Origin: an uncultured Bacillota bacterium
Lineage (GTDB): Bacteria; Sysuimicrobiota; Sysuimicrobiia; Sysuimicrobiales; Segetimicrobiaceae
Direction: 5' to 3'
Assembly (NCBI GenBank): GCA_963787105.1
Contig: CAWBBU010000018.1
Location: 64,082-128,081 of the forward strand
DNA length: 64,000 bases
A program made the position numbers and the translations under genes. Under the pieces are notes generated by a model. It had not been told where the DNA came from. It worked only from the letters and a program-made list of their open reading frames with translations, and searched no databases. This document shows positions 21,596 to 32,611 of this stretch, piece by piece; position 1 is the first letter of the stretch, and the number at the start of each line of letters is the position of its first letter.

Positions 21596-22135
21596 GGTGG
21601 GCTGCCGCCGTTCGCATCCCCTGCGGAGCCGCGTTGCGTGCAAGACGAGTCGTCCATGTACCCGTGCTCAGGATGATCCCTCCCAGTGAGTCCATCTCAG
21701 CGAGGCGTCGTCGAGACGCGTGCGCGGCATGCACCCGCACGACGGCGCAGGCCCGGACTCGAAACCGCCGCGGCCGAGACCGTCCGCGCGTTTCCGTCAC
21801 AATTCCGTCGCATCGTCCTCGGTTCCCCCTTCCACCTCTGTGCGCCGGACCGGCCGCGGCAGGAGGCCCCGCGTATGGCTCACGAATCCTCCCGTAGCGT
21901 CTCAGCACCGCCGCGACATCCCGACGTTACCAACCGTTCGTCGCGATCACGTGTCGCGTACGCTGCGGCACGGGTTCACATTGCCGGTGCGCCGGCGCGG
22001 AATGCGCTACGCTGTCCGGCATCGTCAAAGTCAAGCGCGTGCCGACCACTGGCGACGCGATGGGTACGCCTCTGATCGCCACACCACGACGCGTGAACAC
22101 CAGTGCGATCGACGCGGCCGAAAGGACGGGGACGC

Positions 22136-23676
22136 ATGACAACACGGACCTGGTTCAGTGTGCTGACAGTGGTCACGCTGGTCGTCGGCGTCGGGATCGG
22201 CCTGCCGGCCAGGAGCATCGCACAGGCGACCGACCAAGTGACACTCGGCATCGCCGGCAACGTGCCGACGTGGGACCCGCAGTCAACGGGGATCCTCGCG
22301 ACGGAGCTGGTGGCCACCAACATCTACGACACGTTGATCAAGAGCGACGCCGCGCAGCGCCTGCGGCCCGGGCTGGCCGTCTCGTGGACGATGATCGACC
22401 CCACGACCTGGGAGTTCAAGCTCCGGCGCAACGTCGTGTTTCAAGACGGCGAACCGTTCAACGCGCAGGCCGTGAAATTCTCGTTCGACCGCGCGCTCGA
22501 CCCAAAAACCAAGAACGCCCGCGCCTCGCTGCTTCGGCTCATCGCGGGGGTCACCGTCGTCGATAACTACACGGTCCGCTTCACCACCCAGCATCCCTGG
22601 CCGCTGTTCCTACCGACGATCGCGCGCCACGGATGGATCGTCCCGCCGCGCTACCTCCAGCAGAGCGGTCCCGACGCACTGGTGGCGCACCCCATCGGCA
22701 CCGGCCCGTATCGGCTGATCAGCTGGACCGTGGACGACCGCGCGGAGCTGGAGGCCAACCCCACGTACTGGGGCGGGACGCCGCGGATCAAGCACGTGAC
22801 CATTCGCATCATCCCGAGCCAGCCCACCCGCCTCTCGGAGCTCCTCAGCGGATCCGTGAACCTGATCGACCAGGTGCCGCCCGACCTAATGGACCCGATT
22901 CAGCGGTCTCCGCGGACGAAACTGGTCGGCGCGCCCGCCGCCGCGATCTTCCTCGTCGAGTTTAACCTCATCAACATGGCGCCCACGCGCCCGCTGGCGG
23001 ACAAGCGGGTGCGTCAGGCCCTCAACTACGCGATCGACCGCACGCAGATCAACCAGAGCATCATGCACAACACCGGCGCACTGATCGCCACGTTCTGCCC
23101 GCCCGCGGGCGTCGGGTGCGACGCGTCAATCCCGCCGTTCCCGTACGACCCGCAGCGGGCCCGTGATCTGCTGCGGGACGCCGGCTATCCCAACGGCATC
23201 GACATGACGATGGGCTATACGAATGGGATCTATCCGGAGGACCACAACATCGCGCTCGCGATCGTCGACCAATTGGGGCGGGTCGGCGTGCGCGTCACCC
23301 CGTCCGTGATGGACTACGGCATCTTCATCAGCCAGCTCGCGAGCAAGAAGATCCCGTACGACGCGTTCCTCAGCCGCTCGACCGCGCAGAACGGGTACTT
23401 CGAAGAGGTGGCGGCGCAGGCGCTCCACACGGGCGGCGCCGCGTCGTTCTGGAGCAACTTCGACTTCGACGTGCTGCTCGACACCGCGGAGGTGACCACC
23501 GACAGACGAGGCGGAACGACATCCTGCGCCGCGCACAACTCCTGGTCAAGGACGAAGCGCCGATCATTCCGCTGTTTACAGCGCCGAACGCCGACGGGCT
23601 CGATCGCGATCTCATCTGGACGCCGCGCTTCGACGGGCTGCTGACCATGGTCGACGCGTCGTGGAATCATCCGTAA
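22136..23676 (+). CDS. ABC transporter substrate-binding protein, family 5, one apparent frameshift near the C-terminus
   Basis: ATG 22136 with signal peptide MTTRTWFSVLTVVTLVVGVGIG. Family-5 blocks W.FKLRRNVVFQDGEPFNA and ANPTYWGG.P. The tail ...RRNDILRRAQLLVKDEAPIIPLFTAPN...SWNHP ends at TAA 23674-23676, after a break near 23503. Confidence 0.8.
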
Positions 23677-23728
23677 GCCTCCCCGGGGATCGTCCGGCGG
23701 CACCATCACGCATCAAGGAGGATCTTGT

Positions 23729-25056
23729 ATGAAGCGGGTGACACAAGACGGACCGCTCGGCGACAAGCTCATGCTCCGTGACCCTGAGGCCGGCGTGCTC
23801 GCAATCACCGGGGGCACGGTCTTCACCTCCACCGGCGCGGCGCCGATCACGCCGGGCACGTCGTGATCGACGGTGAACGGATCACCGCCGTCGGCCCCGC
23901 GAACGACTTGAAGATCCCCAAGGGCGCCGAGGTCTACGACGCGACCGGGCAGTTCGTCATGCCCGGGCTCATCGACGCCCACCTGCACTTCACCGGGGTC
24001 TTCAGCTTCGACCGCTATCGCATGTTTCTCCAGCCGCCGTTCGCCGCCCGGGTGATCCGCGCCGCGCTGGACGCCTATGAGGTGCTGGCGGCGGGGTTTA
24101 CCACCGTACGCGAGCTCGGACACGGGTCAATGGACCAGGTCATCGGGCTGCGGTGGGCGATCAACAACCGGCTGGTCTGCGGGCCGCGGATCCTGACGTC
24201 GGGATGGTCGATCTCACAAACCGGCGGACACGGTGATCCGCACGTGTTTCCGAGGGACTGGACGCGGGAGCTCCGCCCCCGCAGCCGCTTCGCCGACGGA
24301 CCGGAGGAATGCCGCAAGGCGGTTCGCGAGAACTTCGGCGACGGGGCGGACCTGGTCAAGTTCTTCGCGACCGAAGAGGGGCTCGCGCCCGGCCCGGACG
24401 GGCTGGAGGCGGATCCCAACTTCACCATCCCCGAGATCGAAGCGATGACCGACGAGGCGCACCGGCGCGGCGCGAAGGTTGCCGCGCACGCGACATCCCC
24501 CGAAGGTCTCCGGAACGCGCTCGTCGGGGGAGTCGACACCATCGAGCACGGCGGAGATTTGGGGGCGCACGACGATCTACTCGACATGATGGTCGCGCGC
24601 GACGTCATTTTGGTACCAACGCTCTCGGTCTATTATTGGATCGGCCAAGAGGGCAAGCGCATCAACACCAACCCCAAAACGATTGGCGGCGCCGCCGCGA
24701 TGATGGAAGTGCAGGCGAAGTACCTCAAGAAAATCCATCAGCGCGGCGTGAAGATCGCGCTCGGCACCGATACGGGAAACATCAAGGGGCGCGGGCAAAA
24801 CGCGCGCGAGCTCGAGATGCTGGTCGAGTGCGGCCTCACGTCGACCGAGGCCCTCATCGCCGGCACGCGCGTCAGCGCGGAAGCGATGGGGCTGCAGAAG
24901 CATCTCGGCACGTTCGAGCCCAACAAGCTCGGCGACGTCCTGATCCTGAGCGCCAATCCGCTCGACGACATCACCTGCATTCGCAAAAAGGACACCATCG
25001 TGCGCATCATCAAGAGTCAGGCGCCCCTGTCGAAGGCGCCGCAGCCTCCGGTGTAG
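23729..25056 (+). CDS. Metal-dependent amidohydrolase (amidohydrolase_1 family), one apparent frameshift near the N-terminus
   Basis: ATG 23729 preceded by AAGGAGGA: MKRVTQDG...LAITGGTVFTS. It then continues in ORF 23863..25056 (VIDGERITAVG...VMPGLIDAHLHF...VAAHA...DTIEHG...LGTD). Break near 23860. Confidence 0.75.
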
Positions 25057-25095
25057 CGCGCCGGAGGAGACGCGTTCCTCGGCGGTCGGCGGAAC

Positions 25096-26523
25096 CTACG
25101 GCGTCGGCAGCGGGAAGCCGCCGACAGCGCGCTCGTAGCGCGCGGCCGCCTGCAGCACGGAGATCTCGTCGAAGTGTCGTCCGACGATCTCCAGACCGAC
25201 GGGGAGCCCGGTGCCGTCGAACCCGCAGGGCACCGAGATGGCCGGGTAGCCCAACAGGTTGAAGGTCCACGTATTACACAGGTAGAGTCCTTCCGCGTCC
25301 CGCTCCCCTCCGTTCCACGGCAGCATCTGCGTCTCGAACGACGTGGCGGTAATGGGCGTGGTCGGCAACACCAGGAGGTCGAACCGCGAAAACAGGTTCG
25401 CATAGACGCGGCGCATCTCGTCGACGTCGACCGCCACCCGCCGCGCGATGCGCGTCCGCTTCCGACGGAGACCCGCGCGCACGTATTCCATGTAGGGCGG
25501 AAGCGCCGGGAGCTCTTCATCAAAGCGCGCCGCCTCCTCCAGCAGCACGAGCTCCGGCCACCGCTCCTCGTCGAACACCGGCGCCTCGATGGATTCGATC
25601 GACAGCCCCAGCGCGGCGAGGACCCGCACCGCCTCCCCCACGCGTTCCAAGACGTCCGGCTGGGCGCCGCGCGGACCGCCGGCCGCAAACCACCCGACGC
25701 GCAGGGGCTCCGCGTCCGCACGTCCGTCCAGCGCGCCGAGATAGTCGGGGACCTCGACGTTGGCGGATGTGGGGTCGCGCGGATCGTACCCCGCCAGCGC
25801 CGCGAGCAGGATCGCGGCATCCCGCACGGTGCGCGTCAGCGGCCCAACGTGCTCCAGCGCCTGCCCGAACCCGAACACGCTTCCATACTGGCTGACGCGG
25901 CCGTGCGTCGGCTTCAACCCCACGATGCCGCTGAACGAGGCGGGGATGCGAATCGACCCGCCGGAATCGGTCCCGACGCTCGCGTAGCCCATGCCGAGCG
26001 CCACTGCGACCGCGGACCCGCTGCTCGAGCCTCCCGGCGTATACCCCAACCGCCATGGGTTTTGGGCGCGGGCAAAGCCGGTACTCGCCGTCCGGACCGT
26101 GTCCCAGGCCATCCCGGTCCCGACGTTCACTTTCCCGAGAATAACGGCACCGGCCCGGCGCAGCTTGTCGAGACACGCCGCGTCATCGCCCGGGGGAGCG
26201 TAGTCCGCCAAGATCGGCGATCCGACCGTCGTCGGAGTGCCCCGCAGGAGAAACGTGTCCTTGACGCTGATCGGGACACCCAGGAGCGGGCCCGCGTCGG
26301 AGCCGCCCCGAACGGCGGCATCCGCGTCATGCGCGGCCGCGAGCGCGCTCTCTTCCATGATGGTGCGGTACGCGTGATACACGGGGTCGAGCGCGCGGAT
26401 GCACGCGAGACACGTCTGGGTAACTTCAAGCGACGACACCGTACGGGCGCGAATACGCGCCGCGACCTGCTCGACCGATGCGCCGCTGGGCAGCGCCGTC
26501 ATCACGTGCGTCGCTCCGTCCAC
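25096..26523 (-). CDS. Amidase-signature family amidase (GatA-like)
   Basis: Intact 475-aa ORF with [48 protein letters not shown], the classic amidase signature. Confidence 0.85.
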   Translation of the reverse strand: MDGATHVMTALPSGASVEQVAARIRARTVSSLEVTQTCLACIRALDPVYHAYRTIMEESALAAAHDADAAVRGGSDAGPLLGVPISVKDTFLLRGTPTTVGSPILADYAPPGDDAACLDKLRRAGAVILGKVNVGTGMAWDTVRTASTGFARAQNPWRLGYTPGGSSSGSAVAVALGMGYASVGTDSGGSIRIPASFSGIVGLKPTHGRVSQYGSVFGFGQALEHVGPLTRTVRDAAILLAALAGYDPRDPTSANVEVPDYLGALDGRADAEPLRVGWFAAGGPRGAQPDVLERVGEAVRVLAALGLSIESIEAPVFDEERWPELVLLEEAARFDEELPALPPYMEYVRAGLRRKRTRIARRVAVDVDEMRRVYANLFSRFDLLVLPTTPITATSFETQMLPWNGGERDAEGLYLCNTWTFNLLGYPAISVPCGFDGTGLPVGLEIVGRHFDEISVLQAAARYERAVGGFPLPTP

Positions 26524-26556
26524 GGCGCAGCCGAGCGCATCCGCAACCGCGTGCGC

Positions 26557-28337
26557 TCAGACCGCGACGACGTAGCCTTCGCGGCGCGGATCGGCCCCGC
26601 CGATGAACACTTGTCGGTCCGGATCCCGCATGATCACGCACGCGCCGCCGGCCGACCAGGTCCACTTCGGCCAGCGCGCGATCGTATGCCCAAGCGCGCG
26701 GAGCCGTATCGCGGTGTCTTCCGGCACGTCGGCCTCCATGCGCAGCATGCCCGGCTCGTAGCCATGCGGATACGCCGACTGCGGGAATGAGTACGAGGCG
26801 TAGCGCGCGTCCTCCACGGCGTGCTGCGGGTTCATCCCCCAGAGCAGGATCTTCGTGAGCACCTGGGTCATCGTCTGAGGCTGCTTGTCGCCGCCCGGAG
26901 TCCCGATCGCCATCAACGGCACGCCGTCGCGCATCACGAGCGCCGGATTGGCGTCAGGCGGACCCGCTTCCCCCCCGCGACCACGTTGGGATTGTTTGGA
27001 TTCAAGCTCCCCTGCATGCCGCGCTCCGAGATGTCCAAGCCCAGGCCAGGAATGATGGGACCGTCGGAGCACCCGTCGCTCGGCGTACAGGAGAAGATGT
27101 TCCCCTCCCGATCCATCGCGGCGATGTACGACGTGCCGTGCAGTTCCGACTTCACTCCATACGCGTCCGCGGCGTACACCTCACCGGCCGGCGGAATCGG
27201 GGCGATCTGCGGAAACCCCGGAATGCTGCCGTGGGGAGGACACTCGGGATACGCGCGCCGCGGGTCGATCCGGGACCGCCGCTCCGCCAGGTACGCGGGC
27301 GACAGCAGCTGCGCCATCGGCACATCCACCACCCGCGGGTCCCCGTAGTACCGCTCGCGGTCGGCAAACGCCAGCTTCAGGGCCTCGACGATGTGATGCA
27401 CCGTCTCCGGGCTGTGCGGGGAAAACGCCTCCAGCGGGACGCCGTCGAGCATGCCCAGCGTTTCGAGGAACGCCGGACCCTGACTCCACGGCCCGCAGCC
27501 GTAGACGTCATGCTTCCGGAAGGAAACCTTTTCCGCGGGCTCCTCCCGAACGGCGAATGACTCGAAGTCTTCCATGCTGAAGAGTGCGCCGTTGGCCCGG
27601 GAAAAGTCCACCATGGCCTTCGCGATGGGACCGCGGTAGAAGTAGTCTCTGACCGCATCGATTCCCTGCTCGCGTGTGCCCCGAGCGCGCTGTTCCGCCT
27701 CGGCCATCGCGCGCAACGTCGCGCCCAGCTCGCGCAAAACGATCACGTCGCCGACCGCCGGGGGATTTCCGTTGCGCAGGTAGATCTCCCGATTGACCGG
27801 ATGCTTACGGAACTGCTCCAGGAAGCCGCCGATGCTGTGAGCCATAAAGTGATGAACGGGAAATCCGCCTTCCGCCACGCGGATCGCGTTCTCCACCACG
27901 TCCGCGAAGCGCTTCGTCCCGTAGTTGCGCAGCGCCAGCAGCCACGAGTCCGCAGCGGATGGGACGACGCAGCTCGACATATCCTGGGTGATGCGGCCGC
28001 CCTTTTCTCTCAGATAGTAGTCGCGCGAAATCGCTCGTGGCCAGGTCCCGGTCCCCGCGAGCGTGGTCACCCGGCCGGTGGCCTTGTGGTAGAGAATAAT
28101 CGGCGCCACGCCCGATAACGACGACATGTCGTTGTGCACGACGTTGAGCGTCAACCCGGCGGCGACGCCGGCATCGATCGCATTGCCGCCGTCCGCGAGC
28201 ATGCGCATCCCGGCGGACGCGGCAAGGTAGTGTCCCGCGGCCACCATGCCGAACATTCCCATCACGAGCGGGCGTGAAATCTCCGTACGAATGGACCACG
28301 TGTTGGCGCCGTATTTTGTGTTATAGCTCTGGCTCAT
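26557..28337 (-). CDS. ggt: Gamma-glutamyltranspeptidase, one apparent frameshift
   Basis: ORF 26934..28337 (GNAIDAGVAA..., HGTSYIAAMDREGN with the catalytic Thr) continues in ORF 26557..27072 (LVMRDGVPLMAIGTPGGDKQPQTM). Break near 26950. Confidence 0.85.
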
Positions 28338-28469
28338 AGAACGTCCCCCTCACGCGTACCGCATGATGGCGGTGCTACCGGATCCCGCACAATGGGCACT
28401 CCCGAACTGTCTGGTTCGTCGCCGAGCGACCGGCAGTCCGTCATGCCGACGGCCTCCGCTCCTCCGGAC

Positions 28470-29207
28470 CTACATGTAACCCGCGGACACTCGGCGCTTC
28501 ACCACCGCCTGGTACACCCAGTGGGTCATGGTGACGACATCGTAAAACGGAAGCCCGGTCGCATCCTGCACGGCCGGACCAAAGGTGCTGAAGTTCGTAC
28601 CCTCACAGACGAACGCGCCCACCTCGGGATGACGCTCGACGAGGCCCGTCGCCATCCTCACCACGCCCGCTTCCGCCGCGAGTGGATCGATCGAATCGCC
28701 GTTCTTCACGAACACCTCATAGAACTCCGGCGTGTGTTCCGCGCCTGCCACCACGTAGGGCACGTCTGCCGCCCCAACGGCGCTCAACACCTCCGGGCTC
28801 AAGTGCTCGCCGTTCGCGGTGAGCACGCCGATCTTCTGGTCGGGCTGTAGCATGCGGTACACGACGGGCATTTGCATGAGGCTCGACGTGAAGACCGGAA
28901 TCTTCACGGCCGCGGCCATCTGCGGCTGAAACAGGGCCAAGAACCCGCAGCTCGTGGTGATCGCCCGGACACCGTCCTGTTCCAGTTCTTTTGCCGCCTG
29001 GACAAACGCGTCGAGGAGCCCAACCCCCCGCTCGAGTACCACGCGCTGGGGCACGGCCGACGACACCTTCTTGTACCGCACTGGAAAGGGAAACGTGGTC
29101 GCGTTCCCGACATCACCGGGCAGCCTGGGAAACCGCGTGTCCAGCATCAGAATCCCGATTGCCTCGCCGTACGTGTTGTACCCCCCGTGAACCCGCGGCA
29201 ACGACAT
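28470..29207 (-). CDS. Asp/Glu/hydantoin racemase-superfamily protein
   Basis: ATG 29207 preceded by AAGGAG. IGILMLDTRFPRLPGDVGNATTF...AITTSCGFLALFQ...KIGVLTAN pattern. The substrate is unknown. Confidence 0.6.
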   Translation of the reverse strand: MSLPRVHGGYNTYGEAIGILMLDTRFPRLPGDVGNATTFPFPVRYKKVSSAVPQRVVLERGVGLLDAFVQAAKELEQDGVRAITTSCGFLALFQPQMAAAVKIPVFTSSLMQMPVVYRMLQPDQKIGVLTANGEHLSPEVLSAVGAADVPYVVAGAEHTPEFYEVFVKNGDSIDPLAAEAGVVRMATGLVERHPEVGAFVCEGTNFSTFGPAVQDATGLPFYDVVTMTHWVYQAVVKRRVSAGYM

Positions 29208-29319
29208 CGCTCCTTTCCTACGAGCTGGCGCACACAAGAGACCGACGAGCGCGGTGAAGCGGAGGGCCCGTGACCCCGCGGACGGGGGCTTGCGCGCATC
29301 TTCCCGGCGTGCGTCCCGC

Positions 29320-29886
29320 CTACTTGTTGAGCGGTCCGATCTTGGCCCCTGTCATCGCGAAGTCGTACATTAAGCCCTTCGGGCCAACCACGAATCCGGC
29401 GATCGGCGCGGTAATGTGCATCGTGCTCAGATCGGCGCCCGGGCCGACGTGAATCAGCGTCACGGGGCCATCGGTACCCACCGTCCAGCCTGCCGTCAGC
29501 TGGAAGCGCCGGAGCGTCCCGGCATCGCGGAACACGAAAATAATGTCCTTCGACAGGATCGCCGAGGAGGCTCCCCATTTGGCCGTAAAGCTGTAGTAGC
29601 CGAAGCTCCGCGCGTTCCCGTTCAGCCGCAGGGCGCCTTCCCCGTACTGCTGACCGTACAGGTATGCGCCCTTCACGACCTGCGGGAACACCAGCACACC
29701 CGGCGATGCGGCGATGAACTTCGCACCGCCTTTGAACTGTTGATCGAATCGCGCCAATGCCGCGTTCACGGCGGTGTTAATCTGCCCCACCGTGTTCGCG
29801 TGGGAGGTACCGGGCATCGTGAGTCCGCAGAGCAGAAGTACAAATCCCGCGAGCGCCATGCCGCGGGAAAACCGCCGAGCGTGCAT
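29320..29886 (-). CDS. Secreted SYLF (Ysc84/DUF500) lipid-binding-domain protein
   Basis: ATG 29886 with signal peptide MHARRFSRGMALAGFVLLLCGLTMPGTSHA. The rest resembles SYLF-domain proteins (VVKGAYLYGQQYGEGAL..., GWTVGTDGPVTL). Family assigned from memory. Confidence 0.55.
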   Translation of the reverse strand: MHARRFSRGMALAGFVLLLCGLTMPGTSHANTVGQINTAVNAALARFDQQFKGGAKFIAASPGVLVFPQVVKGAYLYGQQYGEGALRLNGNARSFGYYSFTAKWGASSAILSKDIIFVFRDAGTLRRFQLTAGWTVGTDGPVTLIHVGPGADLSTMHITAPIAGFVVGPKGLMYDFAMTGAKIGPLNK

Positions 29887-30123
29887 CGCCCTACCCCCTG
29901 GAAAACTCGAAGTCGCTCCGACCCGGCGGGGCCACCGCCGTCCGACGCGCCAACGGCCGAGGCGCGTGCATTCAGCACGCCCCCGCACCGAGAAGCATAC
30001 TCCGCGCCGCAACCGAAAGCCTTGTGGCGGCGGAGCCGGGCGATGCAACGCGAGGCGCGCTACAGCGACGTGGTCAGGAGCGAACCCCCGGTGGCGCGGC
30101 GGACGGGTGCGTTGCCCGCGATC

Positions 30124-30807
30124 TCACGGTCCACGCGACGGTCCGCCCGAGGGGCGGGCCATCAGCCCCGTCTCGATGGCGAGTGCCACAGCCTGGACTC
30201 GGTTCCGAGCGCCGAGCTTGCGATAGATGGCACGCAGGTGGGCTTTGATCGTCGACTTTGAGAGACACATCTCTCCGGCAATCTCTTTGTCGCCGGATCC
30301 AGCGGCAACGGCGGTGAGGATTTCGATCTCCCGATGGCTCAAGGGTTTCGGGCGAGCCGCCCCAGTGGTCGGATCCGCGTGCGCCATGGTGTGGAACAAT
30401 TGCCGCGCCGTCTCGGGACTGATCGTCGCCGTGCCTTCGTGCGCGGCATGAATGGCCGCGACGAGGTGCTCGACATCAGTGTCTTTCGTCAGAAATCCTA
30501 CCGCGCCGGCGGCCAGGGCCTTCTGAAGGAGATCCTGACTGCCGAGCGCACTCAGAATCACGACCCGGGTGTCCGGGCACTCCGTTCGGATCGCTCTCGC
30601 GGCCTCCAATCCGTCGCCGTCAGGCATATTGAGGTCGAGCAGCGCGACGTCCGGACGGAGTTCGAGCGCGCGGGCAATGGCCTCGCGTCCGGTCCCCGCT
30701 TCGCCGACAAGCTCAATATCGCGTGCGCCCGGAGCGCGCTCCAACACCTGAGAGATCGCCCGTCGGAACAACACATGGTCATCGGCAACCAAGAGCCGGA
30801 TACTCAT
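30124..30807 (-). CDS. NarL/LuxR-family response regulator (REC + LuxR HTH); no adjacent kinase
   Basis: MSIRLLVADDH...DVALLDLNMPDGDG (phospho-acceptor Asp region) and LSHREIEILTAVAAGSGDKEIAGEMCLSKSTIKAHLRAIYRKLG. Confidence 0.9.
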   Translation of the reverse strand: MSIRLLVADDHVLFRRAISQVLERAPGARDIELVGEAGTGREAIARALELRPDVALLDLNMPDGDGLEAARAIRTECPDTRVVILSALGSQDLLQKALAAGAVGFLTKDTDVEHLVAAIHAAHEGTATISPETARQLFHTMAHADPTTGAARPKPLSHREIEILTAVAAGSGDKEIAGEMCLSKSTIKAHLRAIYRKLGARNRVQAVALAIETGLMARPSGGPSRGP

Positions 30808-31837
30808 ATCGCAGCCATGGTTGTCCCCGCATGGGAATGCGCGGATACCGCGACAAGGTCGGCGGTCGCGAGCGGGACGAGAGCCTGCTCACCCGCGGCT
30901 CGTGGGCGGTGATGTTTTCGAATACAGCGATGTCGCACCCTTAGTCGGAACTCTACGTAACGAGCCGCACCGTGCACATGGGATGTTCAGACTAATCCCC
31001 GGCACAGCGTGAAACAGGGGTGCGGTACTCGAGTGTTTGCCGTCTTCGTTTCGGTTGCGAACGCGTGCCTATCAACCGCCGACGTCGGAGCGCCTACGTG
31101 AGGACAGAGACGCGGTTCGCGGCACGTCTCGATACACACATCACAACGTACGCTGATATTGACCCGCACACGGCTCCCATGCCCCACGGCATCGCCAACG
31201 CCATGGGATGCGGCGGATTTTTCGGTCTCTTCGTGGACATTAGGTGGTGAATAGCGTGGTGACAACACCACGTGTCCAACTACCGCGGCGCCACGGTGCG
31301 TGACGAGCGCGTGAGTCAAGACGATCGTTTTCGATCAGTAGCGCACCCTAATACGACTGCGCGTTGCTCACGACCAACCGAAAGAGGACACCCGGGTGGT
31401 CGCCGGCATTGTCTGACCACCGAATGCACCTGCGCGTTCATCCCTCGCCTGGACAGTAGTGCTTTAGTACCAATGAGGACACCGCCGGAAGTCCTATCGC
31501 ACAAGCGTGCGCGAATGCCTAGGCTTGTGACGAACGACGCAGATCGTGGATGACACTCATCCGGTCGGCTCAGGCGAGGTACGCAGGATCGCTTGAGAGA
31601 CGCCGCTACCAGCCGGTTCTGCGAGGCGCGGATCTGGGTTCGTCGGGCTGACGGTCCGACATGAACGAGGCGGCCGAGTATTGCGCAACGACACGTTCAA
31701 CTCCAGCGACGCGACCCGTGAAACCGCGGTGACTCGACCCGGGTATCCGTACAGGCCCGCCGACGACCTCGGCCAGCGGCGCAGAGGATCCCAACTCACC
31801 GGGTTGCCCACCCGCTCCAGCGAGGAGACACGTCAGC

Positions 31838-32392
31838 ATGCCTGACACGAGCCCGCTCGCCACGACGAGCGTGGCGCCACCATCAGGACCGCGATTTTGG
31901 AAATACCTGAGTCGACACGCGCGCCGGGTGAACTCGCACTCGCACGGCCACCGTGACGCGCGTGGCTTCACGTTGATTGAACTGATCGTTGTGGCCGCTG
32001 TCCTTTCGTTGCTCGTCGCGCTGGCGTTGCCGTCCTATTTGGGTGCGCGCAAGCAGGCCGCGATTGATGAAGCGAATACCATGGCGGACGAATGGAAAGG
32101 GCTCGAGTGGGGGTGCTACCTCCAAAATGGCCTCAACCTGCCCCCGTGCCTGGGAAATGCCGCCATCGGATTTGGTGAGCAACCCGGTAAATATTGGAAT
32201 TGGACGACCAGTGCCACCTACAGCGATGTCATCACGGCAAGCGGCGGTGGAAAGGCCCTGGAGGTGACCGTCTCGTGGCCGTCAACAAATGCCGGCCTCG
32301 AAGACGGAGAAACCTTCGTGGTCGACCTGATCATTAGCGCATCGGTCAATGTGGGACAGGCCACGACCTCATGCCTCCCCAACGCCTGCTAA
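31838..32392 (+). CDS. Type IV pilin-like protein (prepilin N-terminal methylation domain)
   Basis: ...DARG followed by FTLIELIVVAAVLSLLVALALPSYLGARKQAAIDEA (G-1, F+1, E+5). There are two Cys pairs in the C-terminal half. The ATG 31838 leader is unusually long (43 aa); GTG 31928 is an alternative start. Confidence 0.7.
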   Translation: MPDTSPLATTSVAPPSGPRFWKYLSRHARRVNSHSHGHRDARGFTLIELIVVAAVLSLLVALALPSYLGARKQAAIDEANTMADEWKGLEWGCYLQNGLNLPPCLGNAAIGFGEQPGKYWNWTTSATYSDVITASGGGKALEVTVSWPSTNAGLEDGETFVVDLIISASVNVGQATTSCLPNAC

Positions 32393-32611
32393 TGGAGCGG
32401 TCGCGCGCAGGTCGACGCACCTCGTTCGCGACGAGCTCGCGCTGTCACGGAATTCATCGGCTGAACCTCGCATCCCGCGTGGCCCACTGACCAGTTAGTT
32501 CGAACTCCCGCAATGGAGCGGCAAGAACCCACAATTCGATGGAGTGTTCTTAATGGGAGTTGCGCCCAGTATATAGGCGTATAGAGGCACGTCACAATGT
32601 GGGGTGTCACG

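Noticed and set aside
25174-26790. 538-aa + strand ORF
   Set aside because: Antisense to the intact amidase that carries the amidase signature.
30808-31837. Histidine kinase partner for the NarL-type regulator
   Set aside because: I looked at all frames upstream of the regulator. Only short ORFs are present, with no H-box, N, G1 or G2 motifs.
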